From contig CAWBEI010000005.1 of NCBI GenBank assembly GCA_963787835.1, forward strand, positions 256,001 through 320,000: a stretch of 64,000 nucleotides of DNA, written 5' to 3'. The notes beneath the pieces are model-generated. The model made no database searches, was not told where the DNA came from, and worked only from the letters and a program-made list of their open reading frames with translations. Of this stretch, positions 32,346 through 43,020 are shown piece after piece (position 1 is the stretch's first letter; every line of letters begins with the position of its first letter). The position numbers and the translations under genes are program-made. This DNA is from Ignavibacteriota bacterium. Its GTDB lineage: Bacteria; Bacteroidota; Ignavibacteria; Palsa-1295.

Positions 32346-32419
32346 GGAGCGGTAGTTCAGCTGGTTAGAACGCCTGCCTGTCACGTAGGAGGTCGCGGGT
32401 TCGAGTCCCGTCCGCTCCG
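32346..32419 (+). tRNA. tRNA-Asp(GTC)
   Basis: Cloverleaf; anticodon arm CCTGC-CTGTCAC-GTAGG; GGTTCGAGTCC T-arm. Confidence 0.97.
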
Positions 32420-32614
32420 CAAGTTTGTTGCGGTATTGTCGGTTGAGTCACGTTTTGCCATAGATCCACGAAGGGTTGATGGCAAGAAATATTACGGAAG
32501 TCTTTCCTTCAACTCCATTGTTCTCTTAGTGTTACGGAATCTTGCTCGATACGTCATATTCGATCTTTCATCGAAATTTGGCCTTTTTCGTAGGAAATCC
32601 GTATATTTTAAGAT

Positions 32615-33414
32615 AAAAGCTCGATCAGCCTCATCGCGAGGTGGTCAGGTCGCTTCGTAATAGCGAGATGACTCGATTCCAGCTTTTTTGAAAACCTATA
32701 ATTCATTGCACTTTGGACTCTGTAGGTGAATGCCATCCTTTGGGCATAACCTTCAATAGTACGAGTGTTGTTAGAGCAGTTTAAGCTGGCCTATGTGATT
32801 CGGAGCCCCTCCGAATTTTTAGCTGGCATGGAGGGCGGTCGCTGGACCCTCGTGGGTGGTGCACTGTTCGCTGTTTTGAAGCGGGTCGCATAGCGGGCTG
32901 TTTTTCAGAAGCGAAGTGGCCTCAACGATCGCCACAAACAACGAGACATTAAGAGACCGGTCGGTGACGTTCATTCGGTTCTTCCTTCAGTTCCTGTGCG
33001 GATTGTTCGGGCGCAAGCGCTCCGAGGAATCCGTTTTTTGCTTTTCCGTTTCTGATATTGCGGAAGCAAATTCTGGCTCCAGCCCAGATGAAGAACCCCG
33101 TCGGCGAACATCACATTACACCGCACCATTTTGCCTCCGGATGATTTTTTCGAAGCCAATAGCACTGCGCTTCCATCGTCAACTTCGATGGGAATTGCAT
33201 CATCTGCATCGTCAGATACAGCTACTGTGGCATTACCTATTGCAAAGAGTTTTGCCCATACCCGTTGCAGCAAGGTAATCGAAATGCATTCTCTCTCCTA
33301 AACTGACTGGATGCCAAGTGTGCATCCCCCCGAGTTGCTCTAACACGCTCGAAGTTCGAAGTGCTGTATTTATCAATCCGTTGCGTGAAGCAACGATAGC
33401 ACAGCATATAGACC
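32615..33414 (+). ncRNA. Candidate large structured RNA or rne 5' leader
   Basis: Follows a CGTATATTTT promoter-like box; two long-range helices and many local hairpins found by hand. Confidence 0.55.
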
Positions 33415-35454
33415 GTGAGTTATCCACAACGAACACGAAAAGAGATCATTATTAATGCGGAACGCGAGAATGAAGTCCGCATTGCCATTACCGAAGACCG
33501 CCATTTAGTCGAGCTCTTCGTAGAAACCCCGGAGACCGAGCGCCATGTCGGCGATATTTACTTAGGACGCATCGCGAAAGTGATTCCCGGCATGAACGCC
33601 GCTTTTATTGACGTCGGATTAGAACAGGACGCTTTTCTTCATTTTTCCGATGTCGGAAATTCCTACGAGACATCCTCGGCATTTCTTGCCGGCGAAGATG
33701 CGGAAATGCGCGATGACGATGATGAAGAGGACGACTATCTCGTCGAAGAAGGCGCGACCGCTGCCGAGCAGAAGGTTTTCCGGCCACGCGGTAGTGGCGG
33801 GCGGGGTGGGATGCGTTTTAATGACCGAGGCCCCTCGCGCTCCGTTCAAGCAGCCCAGGAACCCCCGCACGATGCTCCGAGTGGGAAGATGGAGCTTCGG
33901 CTTGCCAGCGAGCCTCGTGTAGCAAAGGATGCAGGGAGCAACGGCACATCCAAAGGGCTATCGCCACGAACACAGCGCCCATTTCCGACGCTGTTGGGAG
34001 CCAATGTTAGTCTTGAGACCGATCATCCCATTCTCGTGCAGGTCACTCGCGAAGCATTTGCCAACAAGGGTGTACGTGTAACGAGCCGTATCTCACTTCC
34101 AGGGCGATTTCTGGTGCTTGTGCCGTTTGAACCGGGCATTGGGATCAGCCGCAAAGTGTATTCGGTCAGGGAGCGCACCCGCCTGCGCCGCATTGTTCGA
34201 TCGCTGAAACCCAAAGAGTTGGGAGTGATCATTCGAACCGTTGCCGAGAATAAAGAAGAATCGGCATTGCGTGAGGATCTGGAGAAGCTTCTCGAGCAAT
34301 GGCGCGATATCGAGAAAAAGGCACGTGAGATCAAGCCACCGATGCTCATGTACCGCGACCCCAGCCTGACGTCGAGCGTGATGCGGGATCTCTTCACGCC
34401 GGATATTACGAAGATCGTTATCGATTCTCGCAAAATGTACCGCGAGGTGATGGATTATGTGGAATGGTCGGCACCGAATCTGACGGGGACCGTCGAACTC
34501 TATCGCGGAACACGCTCCATTTTCGATGCCTTTAATATTGAGTCTCAGATCGAGCAGACGCTTACTCGCAAGATCCCGCTTCCGAGCGGAGGGTATCTCT
34601 TCATGGAGCATACCGAGGCGATGGTCGTCATTGACGTTAACTCGGGCAGATATGCGGCGCGGCGAGAGCAGGAATTAAATTCTCTTAAAACAAATCTGGA
34701 GTCCGCGCGCATTATTGCGCGGCAGCTTCGGCTGCGTGATATTGGCGGCATTATCGTCATCGACTTTATCGATATGGCCGAAGAGCGCAATCGCAAGAAG
34801 GTCTATGATGAGATGCGAAAGGAACTCCGCAACGACCGCGCAAAATCTTCCGTGTTGCCGCTGACGGAATTTGGCCTGATGCAGATCACGCGCCAGCGCA
34901 TTCGGCAATCGATCGTGCATACGCTCTCGGAGACGTGCCCGGTGTGTGGCGGAACGGGATTACTGGTGAGCCGTGGCACGATCATTCGTCAGATCGAGCG
35001 CTGGATCGAGCGCTTCCGTGCGGGGTCGAAGGAACGCTCCCTGATCCTGAAGGTGCATCCAACGCTTTCGGAGATGCTGGCCAAAGGATTCATCTCTCCG
35101 CTCCGGCGATTGGAACTGAAATATTTGCTGCGTATCAAACTGGAACTCGATGAATCTCTTATGGGAGACGATTTCAAGTTCTTCAGCGCGCGGCAGAAGA
35201 AAGACATTACATCTGAGTTTTCGGCAACAGCCGGCGAAGTGACCGAAATCGATACTACCGATGCCGAAGCCGACGATGCCCCGATCGTGAAAGCGCCGAG
35301 AAGAGCGTTAGATCGTGAAGACGATGAAGAAACGCGCTCCGTCGATAGCGAACTAGAGATGGAAATGGAAGGAGCCGAGACCCGAAACGGCGGCAGGCAG
35401 GGGCAGCGCAATAACAGGCCCCGGCAAGGCCAGAATCGAGGAAGACGAAAATGA
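33415..35454 (+). CDS. rne: Rne/Rng family ribonuclease (RNase E/G)
   Basis: GDIYLGRI...AAFIDVG, VIDVNSG, LRLRDIGGIIVIDFIDM, CPVCGG. Confidence 0.95.
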   Translation: MSYPQRTRKEIIINAERENEVRIAITEDRHLVELFVETPETERHVGDIYLGRIAKVIPGMNAAFIDVGLEQDAFLHFSDVGNSYETSSAFLAGEDAEMRDDDDEEDDYLVEEGATAAEQKVFRPRGSGGRGGMRFNDRGPSRSVQAAQEPPHDAPSGKMELRLASEPRVAKDAGSNGTSKGLSPRTQRPFPTLLGANVSLETDHPILVQVTREAFANKGVRVTSRISLPGRFLVLVPFEPGIGISRKVYSVRERTRLRRIVRSLKPKELGVIIRTVAENKEESALREDLEKLLEQWRDIEKKAREIKPPMLMYRDPSLTSSVMRDLFTPDITKIVIDSRKMYREVMDYVEWSAPNLTGTVELYRGTRSIFDAFNIESQIEQTLTRKIPLPSGGYLFMEHTEAMVVIDVNSGRYAARREQELNSLKTNLESARIIARQLRLRDIGGIIVIDFIDMAEERNRKKVYDEMRKELRNDRAKSSVLPLTEFGLMQITRQRIRQSIVHTLSETCPVCGGTGLLVSRGTIIRQIERWIERFRAGSKERSLILKVHPTLSEMLAKGFISPLRRLELKYLLRIKLELDESLMGDDFKFFSARQKKDITSEFSATAGEVTEIDTTDAEADDAPIVKAPRRALDREDDEETRSVDSELEMEMEGAETRNGGRQGQRNNRPRQGQNRGRRK

Positions 35455-35592
35455 GGGTGCAGCCATTAAAAAATGGTGAAACATTACTCATGAAATTTTC
35501 TACGATAGGATGAATTTAAAGGAATCATTGATACCTCGAAAGACATTCTATTAGGTGAAGGCGTTTGGAATTACGTATGAGAAATTATACGA

Positions 35593-35677
35593 GCATGAGC
35601 GATCATGCAGCATGAGCGATCATGCAGCATGAGCGATCATGCAGCATGAGCGATCATGCAGCATGAGCAATCATGCG
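35593..35677 (+). repeat. Five tandem 17-bp units GCATGAGCGATCATGCA
   Basis: Four exact copies and one with a GCAA loop. Confidence 0.97.
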
Positions 35678-35708
35678 GTCCGCGCCTTATGTGGTGAAGG
35701 TGAAAGAA

Positions 35709-35751
35709 GCGTATGTAGCCGGAGCGGGATGCTCCGGCTATATGCGTTTTT
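35709..35751 (+). terminator. Intrinsic terminator
   Basis: GCGTATGTAGCCGGAGC-GGGAT-GCTCCGGCTATATGC followed by a T run. Confidence 0.85.
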
Positions 35752-36007
35752 AGGAGGAAATACAGAATGAGTTGGAACCCCTAATAAAACGCCTACGGGT
35801 GAAAAGATGAATTAGGAATGATGAATGATGAGTAGCAAACGTTCTTCCCTAAATCCTGTTAAAATTCCGAATAATCCTGTTCTTATATTCTGTATCCTGA
35901 AAATCCTGATAATCGTGGTCAAACTGTATTTCGGCGACAATCTCGATATTCTCCGCGAGCATCCGCCGCGGCGGACGGATGAGATGGCTGCGGCCACGAA
36001 GAAGCAT

Positions 36008-36721
36008 AGTCGCAGAGCGACGTAGTACTCGCAGCCCAGGGTGTAGCGAAGCGGAACCCTGGGTAAGAGGCAGCAATTTGAATACTAAGCCCTGTTAAGG
36101 GAGTTGTTAGCACATGGCACAATCCTACGGACCCGTTTATCTTCACATCGTCTTCAGCACGAAGCATCGAGAAAATCTCTTATCCAGAGAGATTCACACC
36201 GAATTCGCACGAAACATCCATCTCAACATTATTGCGAGAAATCAAAGCAAAATCATCCGCATGGTTACGAAAAAAGACGGGAAAGAATTTTAGTTGGCAA
36301 TCGGGGTATGGGGTTTTTAGTGTGAGTCCGAGTCATTTACCGAATGTCGTCGGGTATATCGAAAATCAGGAAGAACATCACCGCACAAAAACTTTCCAGG
36401 AAGAATTCGAGGATATGTTGAAGGCTGCCGGTGTTGAATACGATCCGAAATATTTGTGGCATGATGATGGGGAATAACATCGCCCTTTCAGGGCTTAGTG
36501 TTCGTGGGTCTATCGTTACCCAGGGTTCCGCTTGCGCACCAATGGTGCGCAAGCTCCACCCTGGGCTGCGAGTACTTCGTCCCTTCGGGACTTTGGGAGC
36601 CCAGCCGCGGAGCGGCGAAGTACCCGCAGCCCAGGGTGAAGCAAACATCGCCCACGATGCGAAGCGGAACCCTGGGTTAGCGAAATCAAATAGATTTTTC
36701 AAGCCCTGGAAGGGCGATGTT
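36008..36721. mobile_element. IS200/RAYT-like element with three ~100-120 bp palindromic flanks (36008-36106, 36478-36592 inverted, 36603-36721)
   Basis: Shared GTACTCGCAGCCCAGGGT...GCGGAACCCTGGGT...AAGCCCTG..AGGG units. Confidence 0.8.
36114..36477 (+). pseudogene. tnpA: IS200/IS605-family Y1 transposase TnpA, internally deleted and frameshifted
   Basis: MAQSYGPVYLHIVFSTKHRE and FSWQSGYGVFSVS...YIENQEEHH lie in different frames; the HUH segment is absent. Confidence 0.88.
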
Positions 36722-37072
36722 AATTACGTTCCACATATTGTCTCGCTAAAAGGCGGCGGCAACGTCGGGGTTGCGATGGTCAAGGACCTGATCGCGACGG
36801 TCGAGCGCGAAAAAGCCGCGATGGGATTTTTTGTCACGCTGGCCGAACCGACGCGACCGATGCGCGAGGAAGCAGTCTCCGCCGGTTTCTACGACGCTCC
36901 CCGCTTCGGCTCCGAATACCCGAAGCTGCAAATCCTCACCATCGAAGGACTCATGAATGGCACCGAACGCCCCCGGTTCCCGGATTTAACGCTGGGCCGC
37001 TCCACCTTCAAACGCGCGGCTGTGGAGGATATGGGAGCCGAGCAGGAGAAATTATTGTAAACCACACTCAGT

Positions 37073-37855
37073 ATGAGTATCATAATTAATGGATATGTGC
37101 CTTACCCAAACTACTGGCCACGGAAGCTCGCCGTAAGCCGAGCGACAATTGATTTTGTGAAAGAGCTTCGTTTACTGGGAGTGGATGTGAAATTTGACTC
37201 GGAACGGGACGGAATTGTCAATTGGATAAAAGAGAATAAGGCAATCGATTTATTGTCTAATCCCCTCGTTCAGCTTTTTCTAAATGCTGGTATTAGTTTG
37301 TACGCAAAAGAAATTAGGGAAGCTCTCACAAATCTTGTGAGAGGCCACTCTTATAAAGGAGATGCATCCGTACTTGTAAAAACTGAGGAGACAGATTATC
37401 TTGTCACTTCTTCTGAGCTAAGGCCACTAAACGAAGAACTGATGAATAAGCTGCACGAAGAACGTGTGAAGTCCTGGATACGACCTTTCCAAATCGGAGG
37501 CATAAACAAGATTCCGATTTATTTGGAGCATACATCCAGAATTGTTGCTTGTGCGGACCTAGTTTATGAGAACGATATAGGCCTAATGATTGAGGGAGTT
37601 CAATTTTTTGACCAAGACGTTGAACGAGAAGTTAAGAATGGCTCTCGCAATGGATGCAGTATTTCAGGTCTTGTTACTTCTAGCGAATGTATGATCTGCC
37701 ATAATCAATATTCAACTTGTTCGCATCTTACATTCAAGAAGTACGAGGGAAATCAATGTACAGTCAAAATCAAGTCATTTTTGATTGCAGAATGCAGTAT
37801 TGTAAAGAACCCCTCTCAGGATCGTGCTCGAATACAGTGGATTCCGGCAAGGTAA
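37073..37855 (+). CDS. Hypothetical protein with an HK97-type prohead-protease-like C-terminal domain and a Cys/His insert
   Basis: PIYLEH...ENDIGLMIEG...VKNGSRNGCSISG...CMIC...CSH...ECSIVKNPS...ARI. Confidence 0.65.
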   Translation: MSIIINGYVPYPNYWPRKLAVSRATIDFVKELRLLGVDVKFDSERDGIVNWIKENKAIDLLSNPLVQLFLNAGISLYAKEIREALTNLVRGHSYKGDASVLVKTEETDYLVTSSELRPLNEELMNKLHEERVKSWIRPFQIGGINKIPIYLEHTSRIVACADLVYENDIGLMIEGVQFFDQDVEREVKNGSRNGCSISGLVTSSECMICHNQYSTCSHLTFKKYEGNQCTVKIKSFLIAECSIVKNPSQDRARIQWIPAR

Positions 37856-37873
37856 TTATTATAAACAGAAACC

Positions 37874-38425
37874 ATGACAGACCCTACAAGGGAAGTAATC
37901 ACCGATCCAAAATTCAATGCTCTTTTTTCAAAAGAGGAATTTGTAAGGTTCGGGCCAGTGGCCGAGAAACGTTTTTTGGCAACTTTAGGATCGGTATCAC
38001 TCGGCTTAGAGAACATACATAACGCGCTTTCCAGTATTGCTATTGCGCTGGTTGCTGGAGAAGCAACTGCTACCCAAATTGTCCTTAATAAGCTATCATT
38101 CAAGAATCTTGTTGAAGTGGTTGGTTCACTCGCTAAGCACAAAGGAATAGATGATCTTGACAGACTTTTATTTGTATTAGAAAAGGCAGCACAAGCTGAA
38201 GAAATCAGGAATCAATTAGTGCATTCACAGTGGGGAGCTCCAAATGATGATGTCAATGCAGGGACGAGATTTAAGACCAAGATTTCTCGGAAAAAAGGGA
38301 TTGAGTACACGTTTGAAGATTATTCGCACCAAGACTTAGAAGATATCATCGACTTTTTTAGAAAAGTCCACAACAGTGTTGGGTCTATAGATTTAATAAT
38401 CCGGAAACGGTTGTCAGGTGTGTGA
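37874..38425 (+). CDS. Helical protein with an RxxxxH (HEPN-like) motif
   Basis: IRNQLVHSQW motif; AT-rich; starts 18 bp after the upstream gene. Confidence 0.6.
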   Translation: MTDPTREVITDPKFNALFSKEEFVRFGPVAEKRFLATLGSVSLGLENIHNALSSIAIALVAGEATATQIVLNKLSFKNLVEVVGSLAKHKGIDDLDRLLFVLEKAAQAEEIRNQLVHSQWGAPNDDVNAGTRFKTKISRKKGIEYTFEDYSHQDLEDIIDFFRKVHNSVGSIDLIIRKRLSGV

Positions 38426-38648
38426 CGCCTGCTTCCCGTCGAGCGGATTGTGCCGTCCGCCACCGAGTCTGAACCCTCCTCGGCGGGCCTTCGGCTGGGA
38501 TTAATGGGACGGGGAGAATTTTTTGGATGATTGTGCATAATCCCCATCATCCAAATCATCCTCCGCATCCCAGTTCAGACATTCGCGCGGGTTGTGTCGT
38601 CCGCCCCCATGGGAAAGATGAACTATGAAAGATGAAATGGGGAATATT

Positions 38649-38745
38649 GTAGCGCCGGACGCATCGCCCACGATGCTTTCCCCGCCGGTCCCCTAATCCC
38701 AGTGCGCACGCACCCTGGGGGGACAGGCGAGGACGCCTGCGCTAC
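38649..38745. repeat. GTAG...CTAC REP-like element
   Basis: GTAGCGCCGGACGC...GGCGAGGACGCCTGCGCTAC imperfect inverted ends. Confidence 0.6.
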
Positions 38746-39198
38746 AGGGGCTATTTATTTTCGATTATTTTCAGGAATCGCTTGACTTCTGGAAATTCCC
38801 GCCGTATATTGGTATATGCTTTGATAGGCACTATTTCTTGGAGAAAGTATGAAGTATGAATTATGAAGTATGAATGGGGGCGGGGAGTTCATTGAAAAAT
38901 TGATCTCGGCGGTAGGTTTCGATATGAACGAGTTCTCCATGAAAGCGTTTTGTGGATAACTTTTTCAACAAATGGCGAATCCAGCTCACATTCAAGGGTG
39001 GTCGGGAACTCAGCAAAAAAAAGAAATGGCACCAATTTCTGGGGGAAATTATGAAGTATGAATTATGAAGTATGAAAGGGAGAGGATTCGGAAAAATGTT
39101 GATTTTTTGGTTTTTGGCTAAATATTGTATTATTTTTGTACCGGAAACGCGATTTGGTGCCGGAAATGGCAGGTCACTTAAAAATCCTTTAAAAAGAT

Positions 39199-39225
39199 TG
39201 TAACCTTTTCGCGTTTTGCGGGTCT
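39199..39225 (+). promoter_or_regulatory. Putative ECF-sigma promoter
   Basis: TGTAAC-N16-GGTCT. Confidence 0.45.
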
Positions 39226-39232
39226 TTGTTAT

Positions 39233-39614
39233 AGGAGCGTCAATAACGGCGCTTCATAAAGGAATAAAAAACATACTTTCAGAAGGACACTTGATACTGT
39301 TCTCTGTCTGGAAATCGCGATAATCGGTAACGAGCGATCGCTAACGAATCGCGGTTTTTTCAGAGAGGCTATAAAGGATGAGCGATCATCCGAGCATGAG
39401 CGATCATGCGAATGGATTTGCCGCTTAAGGGCGGTACCCGGTCAGCGCTAATGCAGCTATGGTGCTGCCAGCGTTTATCAGGTAACAAATCGAGAAGTCA
39501 TTTTCACGCAACCGGACTGGTACAGCGGCGAAAAGGACGAAGCTCCAGGCGGCAAACCTCCATTTTTTAGCTTCTCGGCAGAGTCTTTTCATCAACTCTA
39601 ACTTCTGAAAGACT
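39233..39614 (+). ncRNA. Structured leader or ncRNA with three GA-GCGA-TC hairpins
   Basis: Hairpins at 39331, 39376 and 39394; long stems 39301-39367 and 39411-39564. Confidence 0.5.
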
Positions 39615-40010
39615 ATGTCATCAACCTCGATTCCTTCTCCTGCTCACGTAGATCACACCCGCTTAGGTCATGTGGGCCATGAACTTCCGCCGTTCGTCGA
39701 TCTTCAGTATAGTCCATATCCACAATCCGACGGTCAGCTCGGGACGATGCCCGGGAATAATCCTGTGCCGGATCTGATCCCGGACGAGGTCTATCAGGTG
39801 CTTCTGGCGCACGATCTCATCAGCGAAAAAGGGATACGCGATCACATCATTCGCAAGGCATTCAAAGCCATGCGCGAACAGCAGGAATTGAAAAGCTGCG
39901 AAGCACTGGCGCGGCTGCAAGCGGTGTATCCATATTTGCAGATCGATACGATCAGGAAGATCATCTATCGCATCGGGCCGGGCGCTAACCGGAAAGCAAT
40001 GATGTTTTAG
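39615..40010 (+). CDS. Small hypothetical protein with a basic helical C-terminus (possible nucleic-acid binder)
   Basis: IRDHIIRKAFKAMR...YPYLQIDTIRKIIY; codon usage looks native. Confidence 0.75.
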   Translation: MSSTSIPSPAHVDHTRLGHVGHELPPFVDLQYSPYPQSDGQLGTMPGNNPVPDLIPDEVYQVLLAHDLISEKGIRDHIIRKAFKAMREQQELKSCEALARLQAVYPYLQIDTIRKIIYRIGPGANRKAMMF

Positions 40011-40028
40011 AGGAAAAGTTCTTATAGA

Positions 40029-40188
40029 GTCATTGCGAGAAGAATCGAACGACCCGCATGATCGGTCATGCTGAGGGAGTTCGATTCGACGAAGCAATCT
40101 CAGACAGATTACCGCGCTGTCTGTTCCGCCTGAGATTGTTTCGAAGGAATTGCTCCGCTGACGCTTCGCAATTCCTTCTCGCAATGAC
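40029..40188. repeat. GTCATTGCGAG...CTCGCAATGAC palindromic element
   Basis: Terminal inverted repeats and internal GAAGCAATC/GATTG(C/T)TTC; copies at 49404 and 52649. Confidence 0.9.
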
Positions 40189-40222
40189 ATGAAAATAAAA
40201 CTGTTAGGAAAAACACGCATAA

Positions 40223-42874
<2,652 letters not shown>

Positions 42875-43020
42875 GAAACTCTAACCGCTTCGAAGGGAAA
42901 TCGTGCCCAATTACTCAAATGTAACTTCCAGCGGCACCTCGTCCGGGTCGCGGAAGTAAACGGCGTAATACTCTGGCGAGTATTCGGGATAATGCGCGGG
43001 AGGGCGTTGAAAACCGGGGA

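Larger units (their letters stand above)
35520..35751 (+). ncRNA. Candidate multi-hairpin sRNA with six GNRA hairpins and a terminator (5' end uncertain)
   Basis: A closing stem encloses CGTATGA-GAAA-TTATACG plus five GCATGA-GCRA-TCATGC units. Confidence 0.55.
35915..37060 (+). pseudogene. Remnant of a DNA methyltransferase/Mrr-like endonuclease fusion (N-terminus 35915-35962, C-terminus about 36734-37060)
   Basis: KLYFGDNLDILREH and KGGGNVGVAMVKDLIATVEREKAAMGFFVTL...KLQILTIEGL flank the transposase remnant; the core is missing. Confidence 0.75.

Noticed and set aside
32916-33278. 120-aa ORF (and the antisense 100-aa ORF) upstream of rne
   Set aside because: No recognisable motif or RBS; the region is better explained by RNA pairing, though coding is not excluded.
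32615-33414. tmRNA, RNase P RNA or SRP RNA
   Set aside because: No tRNA-like ends, no GAGGAAAGTCC and no SRP GGAA loop motif found on either strand by eye.
35593-35677. CRISPR array
   Set aside because: The units are directly adjacent with no unique spacers, only 17 bp long, and no cas genes are present.
36431-36733. N-terminal half of the 209-aa ORF as a real protein
   Set aside because: It is a translation of the palindromic flanking repeats; only the last ~108 codons are protein-like.
37073-37855. Prophage head module
   Set aside because: No portal, capsid, terminase or integrase gene nearby.
38951-38959. DnaA box TGTGGATAA (another at about 33420) suggesting oriC
   Set aside because: Isolated single boxes, one inside a CDS; no cluster and no dnaA/dnaN context.
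39331-39342. HIP1-like GCGATCGC overrepresentation explaining the GAGCGATC motif
   Set aside because: Only this copy contains the full octamer; the others end in ATCAT and behave as hairpins.
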